This document shows positions 1 to 9,384 of a stretch of 64,000 bases of DNA, in pieces; position 1 is the stretch's first letter, and the number at the start of each line of letters is the position of its first letter. The translations under genes and the position numbers were made by a program. This stretch comes from Acidimicrobiia bacterium. GTDB lineage: Bacteria; Actinomycetota; Acidimicrobiia; Spongiisociales; UBA11373. Under the pieces are notes generated by a model. It saw only the letters and a list, made by a program, of their open reading frames with translations. It had not been told where the DNA came from and ran no database searches. Location: contig JACRIT010000077.1 of NCBI GenBank assembly GCA_016215655.1, positions 6,928 to 70,927 on the forward strand, written 5' to 3'.

Positions 1-532
1 GGCCCTCGTCACTGGCCAGTGCCCGAATCTGGAGGCCGAGACGCGACTTCTGGATGAACCAGTACAGCGCCAGTGAGACGACGGCCACGCTGACGAGAGC
101 CAGGAGCCGGAAGGTGCTCACCCCGGTGCCGAGGACCCGCAGTGTGTCTGGTGGCGGCACGTCGTAGAACCGCACCGGATATCCAAAGACGAACTGCAGC
201 CCGTACCGCATGAAGATCGACAACCCGAAGGAGATGATGACCAGCTCCAGCGTGCCCACGTTGCGGCGCTTGGCGGGGCGGAAGACCGCGAAGTAGGTGC
301 CGACGCTCACCAGTCCCGCCATGATCCCCGCCGGAAGCAGCACGGCGTAGAAGTTGAGATCGAAGGTCGTGTTGACCCACATCCCGAAATAGGCGCCGAG
401 GGTCACCGTCTCGGAATAGGCGACGTTCATCAGCCCGGTGAGGCGATACAGCAGGGCAAAGCCGATGGCGGCCAGGACGAGGGGGGCGTGCTCGGTGAGG
501 CCGATGACCAGGGAATCACCGATCAGTTGCAT
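1..532 (-). CDS. branched-chain amino acid ABC transporter permease (LivH-like), truncated by window edge
   Basis: Not in the ORF track. Manual translation from ATG at 532 gives MQLIGDSLVIGLTEHAPLVLAAIGFALLYRLTGLMNVAYSETVTLGAY...KSRLGLQIRALASD, with the LivH patterns 'L.AIGF.L.Y...G..N.A' and 'SRLG..IRA'. GGGGAG RBS upstream. Confidence 0.85.
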   Translation of the reverse strand, partial: MQLIGDSLVIGLTEHAPLVLAAIGFALLYRLTGLMNVAYSETVTLGAYFGMWVNTTFDLNFYAVLLPAGIMAGLVSVGTYFAVFRPAKRRNVGTLELVIISFGLSIFMRYGLQFVFGYPVRFYDVPPPDTLRVLGTGVSTFRLLALVSVAVVSLALYWFIQKSRLGLQIRALASDEG

Positions 533-708
533 CAGCCGCGGACTCCCCGACTCATGGGGTCGCCTGGCAACGGGTTCGGAGCACCGGGGAGACGTCCCGG
601 TCGATCGAAGGTGGATGGAAGGCCCATACGACACCCGTTCTCCAGGCCGGTCCGCCTGCGGTACCTGCCGCTCGGCAGTCCACCGCCCGGTCGAAGTCGG
701 CGCCCATT

Positions 709-746
709 GATAATCGATGATAGGTGAGTGATTACCGACCCGTCAA
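709..746 (-). promoter_or_regulatory. sigma70-type promoter (TTGACG-18-TATCAT) overlapped by operator variant GATAATCGATGATA
   Basis: Minus-strand -35 at 741-746 and -10 at 717-722. 709-722 matches the palindrome at 2863 and 26862 at 12/14 positions. Confidence 0.6.
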
Positions 747-882
747 TCGGAGGACTCGCTGCCATCCCATCCCCGTGTTCGACGCCCGACGGACCGTATC
801 CCGCGCCCCGGTGTCCGGCCAGGGCCCTCCGACCCTCCCCACCCGGCGTTCGGTGAAGGCCCGAGCGGTACCCTCGCCGGCG

Positions 883-2112
883 ATGCACCGGGTCATCCAG
901 CACTTCCCCCGCCCCACCCTTCCCGACCTCGGCGCCGCGATCCGCGCCGAACTGGATCGCCCGGAGGTGGCAGCCCGCCTCGAACCGCTCCACACGGTCG
1001 CGCTGGCCGTGGGGAGCAGGGGCATCGCCCACCTCGCCGAGATGGTGACGGCGCTCGTGGCAGCGTTGCGCTCCCGTGGCCTCGACGTCTTCATCGTCCC
1101 CGCCATGGGCTCACACGGCGGAGCGACCGCCGCCGGCCAGGAGGCGGTGCTGGCTCACCTCGGGGTCACCACCGAGCGGGCCGGAGCTCCGATTCGCAGC
1201 AGCATGGAGACGGTCGAGATCGCCACGGTGGCATCTCCCCACGGCCACGACATCCCCGTCATGTGGGATGCCATCGCCTGGAGGGAGGCCGATGCGGTGA
1301 TCCCGGTGAACCGCATCAAACCGCACACCGGCTTTCGGGGCCCGGTCGAGAGCGGCCTGTGCAAGATGCTCGCCATCGGCCTGGGCAAGCACGCCGGGGC
1401 CCGAGTCCTCCACGGTGAGGGTTATGTCGTCTTCGACCGGCTCATCCACGACGCCGGCCGGGCCATCGTCGCCACCGGCCGGGTCGCATTTGGACTGGGG
1501 ATCATCGAGAACGCCTATGGCGACGTGAGCCTCATCGAGGCCGTGCCGGCAGATCGGATCCCCGAGCGCGAGCCCGAACTCCTCGACCAGGCGCGCCGTC
1601 TCATGCCCCGCCTCCTCATGCCCGCGGTCGACGTGCTGGTCGTCGAGGAGTTCGGCAAGGACATCTCCGGTGTCGGCATGGACGCCAACATCACCGGACG
1701 GGGTGAGACCGGCGGGGCGCTCCCCCGGTTCGACGGACCGGTGATCACGCGCATCGTCGTGCTCGGCCTCACCGAAGCCGCCGGAGGCAACGCCCACGGA
1801 ATCGGACTGGCCGACTTGATCACCCAGCGCGCCTTCGACCAGATCGACCGCAACGCCACCTGGATCAACTCGCTCACCGCGGGGTCGCTGGCGGCGGGGA
1901 AGACCCCCATCGCCCTCCCCACCGACGACGAAGCGATCGCCGCCGCCACCCGCTCGCTCCCGGGAATCGCGCCCGAGGCCGCCCGGGTGGTGCGCATCAA
2001 GAACACCCTGCACCTCACCGACATCGCGGTGTCCGACACCCTGCTCGAGACCTGCCGGGCCACGCCGGGGTGCGAGGTCGTGGGTTCCTGGGACGGCACC
2101 TGGCGAGTCTGA
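883..2112 (+). CDS. LarA N-terminal-like / DUF2088-DUF362 family protein
   Basis: Motifs AVGSRGI, PAMGSHGG, NRIKPHT, ESGLCKM.AIGLGK, GKDISGVGMD.N. Start uncertain (853 GTG or 883 ATG). Confidence 0.7.
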   Translation: MHRVIQHFPRPTLPDLGAAIRAELDRPEVAARLEPLHTVALAVGSRGIAHLAEMVTALVAALRSRGLDVFIVPAMGSHGGATAAGQEAVLAHLGVTTERAGAPIRSSMETVEIATVASPHGHDIPVMWDAIAWREADAVIPVNRIKPHTGFRGPVESGLCKMLAIGLGKHAGARVLHGEGYVVFDRLIHDAGRAIVATGRVAFGLGIIENAYGDVSLIEAVPADRIPEREPELLDQARRLMPRLLMPAVDVLVVEEFGKDISGVGMDANITGRGETGGALPRFDGPVITRIVVLGLTEAAGGNAHGIGLADLITQRAFDQIDRNATWINSLTAGSLAAGKTPIALPTDDEAIAAATRSLPGIAPEAARVVRIKNTLHLTDIAVSDTLLETCRATPGCEVVGSWDGTWRV

Positions 2113-2203
2113 TGGCGTCACCACGAGGTGACCAAAGCCAGTGGTGGGCATGCACCGCGGCGGCATACCGTGCTCAGGGGCGACGCGTCCATGGAGACGG
2201 ACC

Positions 2204-2704
2204 ATGCCCGATTCGGAGCTCTCGGTTCGCACCCGTCAGTTGTTCCTGCGTGACGACAACACCTACGGATGTGCCGAGGCGACCCTGATCGCCCTCCAGG
2301 AGCACTGGTCGCTGCCCGACCCGGCCGATTCCGGTGCCGCCATGGCCCTCAACGGCGGCATCGCCTACTCCGGAGGACCGTGCGGGGCGATCACGGGTGC
2401 GGCCCTCGCCGTGGGTCGCCTCGCCCAGGAGCGCATCCCCCATCACCGGTGGGCCAAGATCGCGGCGCGGCTCATCATCCAGGAGTTGATGGCCGACTTC
2501 ACCGCGGCGCACGGTGCCACCGACTGCCACACCCTCACCGGGTTCGACATGACGACGAACCATGCCGAGTTCATTGCCAGCGGCGTGTGGCGCACCCGGT
2601 GCATGGACCAGATCGACTTTGCGGTCGCCCGGCTCGCCCCCCTCGGTGATTGCGACGTCTGGGATGCGCTGATGCAGCGTTTCGGCATCCCGGGGGCCGG
2701 CTGA
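2204..2704 (+). CDS. C-GCAxxG-C-C family redox-active protein
   Basis: YGCAEA...GGPCGAITGA...TDC...C cysteine pattern. GGAG RBS before ATG 2204. Confidence 0.8.
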   Translation: MPDSELSVRTRQLFLRDDNTYGCAEATLIALQEHWSLPDPADSGAAMALNGGIAYSGGPCGAITGAALAVGRLAQERIPHHRWAKIAARLIIQELMADFTAAHGATDCHTLTGFDMTTNHAEFIASGVWRTRCMDQIDFAVARLAPLGDCDVWDALMQRFGIPGAG

Positions 2705-2825
2705 CGACCCGCCCGAATCAACCCCGCCGGTCTGGCGGGGATGGCACCCCCGCTGGAGCCCCCGCAGATCGGGTCGCCCCGGAATCCCTGATCGAACCCG
2801 CCATCGCGATTCGTGGGTGCTCGGG

Positions 2826-2876
2826 TTGACTGGTCCAGACCGGCTGCGTATCGTAATACATCGATAATCGATTATC
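2826..2876 (+). promoter_or_regulatory. sigma70-type promoter (TTGACT-17-TATCGT) followed by perfect palindromic operator GATAATCGATTATC (2863-2876)
   Basis: -35 at 2826-2831, -10 at 2849-2854. The palindrome lies just downstream of the predicted start site, upstream of the cupin gene. Confidence 0.7.
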
Positions 2877-2894
2877 CGACCGAAGGGGTCCCGC

Positions 2895-3290
2895 ATGCTC
2901 AAGGCGGTACGGCGTGAAGAGGCCCAGGTCTTCCATCTCCCCGGACGCGACTGGTACCACTCCATCGGCCCGGAGACCGTGGGCGCCCACCACATCACCG
3001 TCGGGTGGGCCTCCTTCCCGGAGGGATCCGCTCCCCCCGGGCACGTCCACCCCACCCAGGAGGAGGTCGTCTTCATCGTCTCCGGCCACGGCCAGCTGAT
3101 CTCCCCCGACTCCACCGTCGCACTCGAGCCCGGCGTCGCCGTCTACATCCCCATCGGCACCCTCCACGCCACCGTATCTCACGGCCCCGGGCCGCTCGAG
3201 ATGGTCTGTTCGTTCTCACCACCGGTGGCTCCAGGCTCCTACGAGGATCCGAGCAAGGTCACCAGGTCCCAGCAGGGAGATGCTCGATGA
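2895..3290 (+). CDS. cupin domain protein
   Basis: GHVHPTQEEVVFIVSGHG and YIPIGTLH cupin metal-binding motifs. Confidence 0.85.
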   Translation: MLKAVRREEAQVFHLPGRDWYHSIGPETVGAHHITVGWASFPEGSAPPGHVHPTQEEVVFIVSGHGQLISPDSTVALEPGVAVYIPIGTLHATVSHGPGPLEMVCSFSPPVAPGSYEDPSKVTRSQQGDAR

Positions 3291-4165
3291 CCCAACAGGC
3301 CCATCTCGCCGCACCCGGCATCGCCGAACTCGAAGACCTGGCCCGCCAGGCCCGCGCCCACATCGTGCGCACCATCGCCGGCGCGCATGGCGGGCACCTC
3401 GGTGGTCCCCTGTCCGTGATCGACATGCTCATCGCCCTGTACTTCCGAGTGCTGCGCGTCCGACCCGACGAGCCGACGTGGGACGATCGTGACCGCCTGG
3501 TCCTCTCCAAGGGGCACTCCTCGATCGCGCTCTACACGGCGCTGGCGATGCGGGGCTACTTCCCCATTGCCGAGCTGAGGACCTTCGACGCCATCGACTC
3601 CCGCCTCCAGGGCCATCCCGACATGACCATCACCCCCGGGGTGGACATGTCATCGGGGTCCCTCGGACTGGGCTTTTCGGCGGCCCTCGGCATCGCTCTC
3701 GGTGCCAAGGCCGCCGGCAAGGGTTTCACCACCTATGCCATTCTCGGCGACGGCGAGTGCAACGAAGGCATCGTCTGGGAGGCGGCGCATGTCGCTCCAC
3801 GCCACGGCATCGACAACCTCATCGCCATCATCGACCACAACAAGTTGCAGCAGTTCGGGTGGCGCGGAGCGAGCGCGACCGATCGCCTGCCCGCCTACAC
3901 CGGTACCCAGTTGGTCGATCGCTGGTCCGCCTTCGGGTGGCGGGTCCTGGAGATGGACGGTCACGACATGTCCTCCATCCTCACGACGCTCGAACAGGCC
4001 CGCGCCGTACGGGGCGTGCCCGTGGCGATCGTGGCCCACACCGTCAAGGGCAAGGGTGTCTCCTTCATGGAGAACGACTTCACCTGGCACGCCCGGGTGC
4101 CCAATCCGCAGGAGGCCGCAGCCGCGCTGGCCGAGCTGGAACCCGCGGGAGGAGGTGGGTCATGA
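3287..4165 (+). CDS. transketolase, N-terminal (TPP-binding) subunit
   Basis: GGHLGG, DRLVLSKGH, LQGHP, GSLGLG, GDGECNEG TPP motif, TVKGKGV. ATGA overlap with the cupin stop. Confidence 0.92.
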   Translation: MTQQAHLAAPGIAELEDLARQARAHIVRTIAGAHGGHLGGPLSVIDMLIALYFRVLRVRPDEPTWDDRDRLVLSKGHSSIALYTALAMRGYFPIAELRTFDAIDSRLQGHPDMTITPGVDMSSGSLGLGFSAALGIALGAKAAGKGFTTYAILGDGECNEGIVWEAAHVAPRHGIDNLIAIIDHNKLQQFGWRGASATDRLPAYTGTQLVDRWSAFGWRVLEMDGHDMSSILTTLEQARAVRGVPVAIVAHTVKGKGVSFMENDFTWHARVPNPQEAAAALAELEPAGGGGS

Positions 4166-5118
4166 CGCTGGCGCCGGGAAAGGCCCTGCGATTCGTCTGG
4201 GGCGAGGAGTTGGCAGAGCTCGCCAAACGAGATCCACGCATCGTCGTCCTCGACGGTGACCTCGGCAGCTCCACGGGCGCCTACATCTTCGAGGAAGCAC
4301 ATCCCGACCGCTTCTTCCAGATGGGTATCGCAGAACAGAACCTGCTCGGCGCCGCGGCCGGCATGGCCACCGTCGGGTTCGTCCCCTTCGTCTCCACCTT
4401 TGCCTGCTTTTCGGTGGCACGCGCCCTCGACAGCATTCGCGTGCTGATCGCCCAACCGAAGCTGAATGTGAAGATCACCGGCGGCTACGCCGGATTGCTG
4501 GCGAGCATGACCGGCAAGACCCATCTCATGTGGGACGACGTGGCGATCATGCGCTCCATGGCCTACATGACCGTCGTCGCACCCGCCGACGACAACGAGG
4601 CCCGCCAGGCGATTCGCGCCATCGTCGACTATCACGGTCCCGTCTACCTGCGCCTCACCCGATCGGACTCCCCGACCCTGTTCGGCCCCGACTACCGGTT
4701 CGTGCTGGGCGACTCGGTGGTGGTTCGGGAAGGGAGCGACCTCACGGTGTTCTCCACGGGGGTCCACACCACCCGGGTGTACGAGGCCGCCGAACTCCTC
4801 GCGGCCGACGGCATCGACGTGCATCTGGTGCACGTCCCGACCATAAAGCCCCTCGATGAGGAGGGCATCGTCACCGCGGCACGGCGCACCGGATTCGTGG
4901 TGACCTCGGAGGAACACACCATCATCGGCGGGCTCGGGGGTGCGGTTGCGGAGACGCTGTCGGACAGGTACCCGGTACCCGTGAAGCGGATCGGGCTCGC
5001 CGACACCTTCGGCGAGTCGGGCAGCGACGCGGCCCTGCTCGACAAGTACGGCATCTCCTCGGAGAAGACGGCTTCCGCCATCAAGGCACGGTTTCTCGAC
5101 TGGAAGAAGAACGCCTGA
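4162..5118 (+). CDS. transketolase, C-terminal subunit
   Basis: DGDL..ST, QMGIAEQN, GPVYLR, TIKPLD, EEH..IGGLG. Confidence 0.92.
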   Translation: MTLAPGKALRFVWGEELAELAKRDPRIVVLDGDLGSSTGAYIFEEAHPDRFFQMGIAEQNLLGAAAGMATVGFVPFVSTFACFSVARALDSIRVLIAQPKLNVKITGGYAGLLASMTGKTHLMWDDVAIMRSMAYMTVVAPADDNEARQAIRAIVDYHGPVYLRLTRSDSPTLFGPDYRFVLGDSVVVREGSDLTVFSTGVHTTRVYEAAELLAADGIDVHLVHVPTIKPLDEEGIVTAARRTGFVVTSEEHTIIGGLGGAVAETLSDRYPVPVKRIGLADTFGESGSDAALLDKYGISSEKTASAIKARFLDWKKNA

Positions 5119-5188
5119 GCGGGCGGCCGGCGCAGGCGCGGCTGGGAGTGCGGTCCTCGCGCGGGAAGAGCTCGTACAAGGAGACGAC

Positions 5189-5974
5189 ATGAACATCCAA
5201 GACCGGTTCCGGCTCGACGGGAAGGTCGCCCTCGTTCCCGGCGGCGGCGGCGCCATCGGCTCGGCCATCGCCATGATGCTCGCCGAGGCCGGGGCCTGCC
5301 TCGCGGTGGTGGATCGCTCGGCGGAGCTCGTCGAGAAGACCGTGACCGTGATCTGCGAGCGCGGTGCCAACGCGCTTCGCCTTCCCGGCGACATGACCAC
5401 CGAGGCCGATGCCGACCGGGTGGTGGCCCAGACCCTGGACACCTACGGACGCCTCGACATCATCGTCAATGCCATCGGCGGTGGCGCCGGCAAGGTGCTC
5501 TTCGCCGCCCAGGAGTACCCCCGCAAGGAGTGGGATTGGATCTACGAGCTCAATGTCCGCGCCACGCTGCTGCCCACCCAGGCGGCGGTGCGGGCGATGA
5601 TCGCCGGCGGCCATGGCGGCCGGGTGATCAACATATCGTCGGTGCGCGGCCAGCTCGGCATCAATGCCGGCTACTCGGCCTACGTCGCAGCCAAGGGGGC
5701 GATCAGCTCGCTCACCCGGCAGTGGGCCACCGAGTGGGCGCCGCACGGCATCACCTGCAACGCCATCGCCCCCACCTTCGTCGACACCCCGCAGGTGGCG
5801 ATGCTGCTCGGCGATCCCAAGTTCAAGCAGGCTCTGGTATCGCGCATCCCGGTGGGCCGGGTCGGCCAGCCCGAGGACCTGTTCGGCGCCGTGCTGCTGT
5901 TCGCCTCGGAGGCCTCCTCGTTCATCACCGGACAGATCCTCACGATCGACGGGGGTCTGACCGCCACCCAATGA
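5189..5974 (+). CDS. SDR family oxidoreductase
   Basis: GGGGAIG Rossmann motif, NISS, YVAAK catalytic YxxxK, NAIAP, ITGQ.L.IDGG. Confidence 0.92.
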   Translation: MNIQDRFRLDGKVALVPGGGGAIGSAIAMMLAEAGACLAVVDRSAELVEKTVTVICERGANALRLPGDMTTEADADRVVAQTLDTYGRLDIIVNAIGGGAGKVLFAAQEYPRKEWDWIYELNVRATLLPTQAAVRAMIAGGHGGRVINISSVRGQLGINAGYSAYVAAKGAISSLTRQWATEWAPHGITCNAIAPTFVDTPQVAMLLGDPKFKQALVSRIPVGRVGQPEDLFGAVLLFASEASSFITGQILTIDGGLTATQ

Positions 5975-6027
5975 ACCGGCCCTCGCCGTCAACCCATCCC
6001 CACCCGATGTGCCCCGAAGGAGCTTTC

Positions 6028-6891
6028 ATGGAACAGGTCACCGCCAAGGTCTACACCAACACCAAGCTGCGCGGGTGCAACCCGAGCTTCGTGGTCACCA
6101 ACGACGGGGTGGTGGTCATCGACACCCCGCAGCTGCCCACCAAGGCGGTGGCGATGCGGAAGGAGGCCGAGCGGCACGGCCCGATTCGCTACCTGATCAA
6201 CACCGAGCACCACGTCGATCACATCTTCGGCAACTACTTCTTCAAGGGTGCCGGCACGGTGATCGCCCACCGCCGCCTCGACGAGAACTTCATGGTGGTG
6301 GGGCCGGACCTCGATCCCTTCGCCTACGCCAAGGAGGCGATCCCCACCGACGATCCCGACGGGGCCAAGATCTTCCCCGAGCGCGACGAGTACTACAACG
6401 ACCCCAACCGCCCCTCGGTGACCTTCACCGGCGACGTCACCATCAAGCTCGGTGGCCTCACCTTCGAGTTGATCCATACCCCGGGCCACACCCCGGGCCA
6501 GGTCACGGTGTACATCCCAGAGGAGCGGGTGGCGTTCACCGGTGACACCATCTTCAGCGAGTGCCAGACCTGGCTGCTCACATCGAACATCGACGAATGG
6601 CTCGCCGCGCTGGATCGCATCCGTGAGCTCGACTTCGACCACCTCGTCCCCGGCCACGGTCCGGTGACCACGAAGGCGTACCTCGACGTCCAGCGCAGCG
6701 TGCTCATGGAGTGGGTGACCGCGGTGGCGGCGGCCATCGCCAAGGGTTGGTCGCGCGACGAGGTCATCGCCCGGGTCCACTTCCGTGAGCGCTGGCCGGT
6801 GGATGTCGGCCAGGGCTACATGATGGATCACATTCAGACCAAGAACGCGGCATCCCTCTACGACAAGTTGATCGCGGGACGACGGGCCTGA
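6028..6891 (+). CDS. MBL-fold metallo-hydrolase
   Basis: NTEHHVDHIFGN, TPGHTPG, FTGDT, VPGHG. AAGGAG RBS. Confidence 0.88.
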   Translation: MEQVTAKVYTNTKLRGCNPSFVVTNDGVVVIDTPQLPTKAVAMRKEAERHGPIRYLINTEHHVDHIFGNYFFKGAGTVIAHRRLDENFMVVGPDLDPFAYAKEAIPTDDPDGAKIFPERDEYYNDPNRPSVTFTGDVTIKLGGLTFELIHTPGHTPGQVTVYIPEERVAFTGDTIFSECQTWLLTSNIDEWLAALDRIRELDFDHLVPGHGPVTTKAYLDVQRSVLMEWVTAVAAAIAKGWSRDEVIARVHFRERWPVDVGQGYMMDHIQTKNAASLYDKLIAGRRA

Positions 6892-6956
6892 CCGACGGCC
6901 CGGACCGGGCCGCGATCGACACGACACCGCGGCGATCACCACGACGAGGAGGCCTC

Positions 6957-8162
6957 ATGACAGCGACCACAACGGCGCCCTCGCAGTTGCCCATCGCGGA
7001 CAAGCGCCGCCTCGCCTTCGTCTTCTACGCCGCGGTGCTCCTCGAGGGGATCATGCTCGCTTCGATCGGGCCTACGCTCGATGCACTGTCGGACAAGAGC
7101 GGCTCCACCACCGGCCAGATCAGCATCCTGGTCACGGTCAACTCGATCGGCTACATCACCGGCTCGCTCCTGGCGGGACGGCTCTATGCCCGGCTGCGCG
7201 GCAACGCCGTGCTGGCGGTGGCCCTGGTCTGGATGGCCGTGCTCACCGCCACCATTCCCGCCCTGGGCTCGCTGGGGCTGATGATCGGGGCCTTCACGCT
7301 CATCGGGCTCTCCATCGGGCTGATCGACGTCGGCGGCAACACCCTGCTGGTGTGGCTGTTCCGCCGTGACGTCCATCCGTACATGAACGCCCTGCACCTC
7401 TGCTTCGGGATCGGGGCCTTCCTCTGCCCGCTCATCGTCGACCGCTTCGCCGTGGCCGCCGGCGACGCCACCGATGCGTTCTTCTTCTTCGCCGCGCTCA
7501 TGATCCCGGTGGCGATCTGGCTGACCCGGGTCCCCAGCCCCGACAGCCCTCCCGAGACCTCCTCCCCGGCCGCCGGCAGCGGCCTGGTGCGCCGCTATGC
7601 CGTCTTCCTCGGTCTCATGGGCGTGCTCTTCTTCATGCACGTCGGGGGCGAGCTGGCCTTCGGCGGTTGGATCTTCTCGTATGCCGACGAGCTCGACATC
7701 GGCGGCTCCACCACCGCCCGGGTGCTCAACTCCGCCTTCTGGGGCGGCCTCGTGGTGGGGCGGCTCATCGCCATTCCGCTGTCGCGGCGGATGTCGCCGC
7801 GGGCCATGCTGCAACTCGATCTGGTCAGCGCCATCGGGTTCCTCGCCGTGATCGGTCTGCTCCCCGATTGGCCGCCGGCGCTGTGGATCGGCACCATCGG
7901 CTTCGGCATGGCGCTGGCCTCGGTGTTCGCCACCTGCATCAACTATGCCGAGCAGCGCATCCCGCTCCCCAGCCAGGTGATGGCGGTGTTCATGGTCGGT
8001 GGCAGCATCGGCTCGATGACGCTCCCCTGGGTCGCCGGCCAGCTGTTCGATCGCCGGGGCCCCGAGACCCTGATCTGGCTGGTCGGAGGAGCCATCGTGG
8101 TGGCGCTGGCCTTGTTCATCACCGTCGACCGCACGCGGACGGCCAAGGTTCGATCTGCATGA
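6957..8162 (+). CDS. MFS transporter (FucP/MFSD4-like)
   Basis: About 12 hydrophobic segments; N.LH..FGIGA..P and GGE..FGGW patterns. Confidence 0.85.
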   Translation: MTATTTAPSQLPIADKRRLAFVFYAAVLLEGIMLASIGPTLDALSDKSGSTTGQISILVTVNSIGYITGSLLAGRLYARLRGNAVLAVALVWMAVLTATIPALGSLGLMIGAFTLIGLSIGLIDVGGNTLLVWLFRRDVHPYMNALHLCFGIGAFLCPLIVDRFAVAAGDATDAFFFFAALMIPVAIWLTRVPSPDSPPETSSPAAGSGLVRRYAVFLGLMGVLFFMHVGGELAFGGWIFSYADELDIGGSTTARVLNSAFWGGLVVGRLIAIPLSRRMSPRAMLQLDLVSAIGFLAVIGLLPDWPPALWIGTIGFGMALASVFATCINYAEQRIPLPSQVMAVFMVGGSIGSMTLPWVAGQLFDRRGPETLIWLVGGAIVVALALFITVDRTRTAKVRSA

Positions 8163-8187
8163 GAACCGATACCCGCATCACGATCCT

Positions 8188-8312
8188 TCCCCCCTTGTGG
8201 GGGAAGTGCCTCGGCGAGCGAAGCGAACCGAGGCGATGGGGGGTCACAGCCCCGCACGCCCAAACACCCCCCACCGCCCGCCTGCGGCGGTCGGCTCCCC
8301 CACAAGGGGGGA
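8188..8312. repeat. REP/RIME-like miniature palindromic element
   Basis: Perfect 17-bp terminal inverted repeat TCCCCCCTTGTGGGGGA (8188-8204) / TCCCCCACAAGGGGGGA (8296-8312), with nested internal hairpins. Confidence 0.75.
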
Positions 8313-8385
8313 GCGATGGCGCCGTCCATCGGGCATCTGGCATCTGGTGTCTGATTCCTCGCAAGTGGCACCTGGCGCCTCGCTG

Positions 8386-9279
8386 ATGTCCGACTACCAC
8401 CTCCACCTCTACCCCCACCGGCGCGGCGAGAGCACCCCGCCTCCGCCCGAGGAGATCCCGCTCTCCCACATCGAGCGGTACGTCACCGCGGCCGCGGAGC
8501 GCGGCGTGCACGAACTGGCCTTCACCGAGCACCTGTTCCGCTGCGTGGAGTCCGCCGAGGCACTCGGCCCCTTCTGGGAGCAGGCCGCCGATCCGGTGAC
8601 GAGGGGCCACACCGAGGCCGATGTCCGCGCCGACCGCACCATGTCTCTGGAGCGATACGTCGAGGCGATCCTGGGAGCCAAGGATGCCGGGCTCCCGGTG
8701 CTGCTCGGGCTCGAGGTCGACTTCGTCCCCGGTACGGTCGAGTCGGTCCTGGAGCTCATCGCTCCCTACCCGTGGGACGTGCTCATCGGGTCGGTGCATT
8801 GGATCGAGGGCTGGTGGTTCGATCGCAGGCATTCCATCCACGAGTGGGAACGGCGCGGCCATCGCCGCGTCTACGAGCAGTATTTCGCCCTCGAGACCGC
8901 ACTCGCCGATTCCGGCACCGTCGATGTGCTCGCCCATGTCGACCGGATCAAGTACCAGGGACAGCGCCTCGCCGAGCCGCCGCTCGATCTGTACGAGGGG
9001 CTGGTGAAGGCGGCGCGGCGCGCCGACGTCGCCATCGAGCTCTCCAGCGCCGGTCTGCGCCATCCCATCGCCGAGGCGTACCCCGCTCCCCCGCTGCTCG
9101 AGATGTGCCGCGTCGCCGGTCTCGACATCACCTTTGCCAGCGACGGACACCTCCCCGAGCAGGCCGGGTGGGGGCACGACGAGATCCGCCGCCTCGCCCG
9201 CGACGCCGGCTACACCCACACTGCCCGCTTCCGCGCCCGCAAGCGCGATCTCGTTCCGATCATTCCGCCTCGAGGCTGA
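8386..9279 (+). CDS. PHP-domain histidinol-phosphatase HisJ family protein
   Basis: DYHLH, FTEH, GLEVD, IGSVH, LAHVD and ASDGH PHP motifs. Confidence 0.8.
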   Translation: MSDYHLHLYPHRRGESTPPPPEEIPLSHIERYVTAAAERGVHELAFTEHLFRCVESAEALGPFWEQAADPVTRGHTEADVRADRTMSLERYVEAILGAKDAGLPVLLGLEVDFVPGTVESVLELIAPYPWDVLIGSVHWIEGWWFDRRHSIHEWERRGHRRVYEQYFALETALADSGTVDVLAHVDRIKYQGQRLAEPPLDLYEGLVKAARRADVAIELSSAGLRHPIAEAYPAPPLLEMCRVAGLDITFASDGHLPEQAGWGHDEIRRLARDAGYTHTARFRARKRDLVPIIPPRG

Positions 9280-9307
9280 GAGTGCGCGCAGATAGGCTCA
9301 CCCCGGA

Positions 9308-9343
9308 ATCAGGTATCGGCCCAAGATCGGGCCGATATCTGAT
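9308..9343. terminator. stem-loop between hisJ-like and LLM genes
   Basis: ATCAGGTATCGGCCC-AAGATC-GGGCCGATATCTGAT forms a 15-bp stem with one G-U pair. No U-tract. Confidence 0.45.
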
Positions 9344-9384
9344 GGAACCCGTGACCTATGTGCGCGCACTCTGAGGAGCCGACG

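Noticed and set aside
2863-2876. Palindrome as a Fur box
   Set aside because: It resembles GATAAT-N-ATTATC but has a 2-bp CG centre rather than 7-1-7 spacing, and the downstream genes are catabolic, not iron uptake. A LacI-type site is more plausible.
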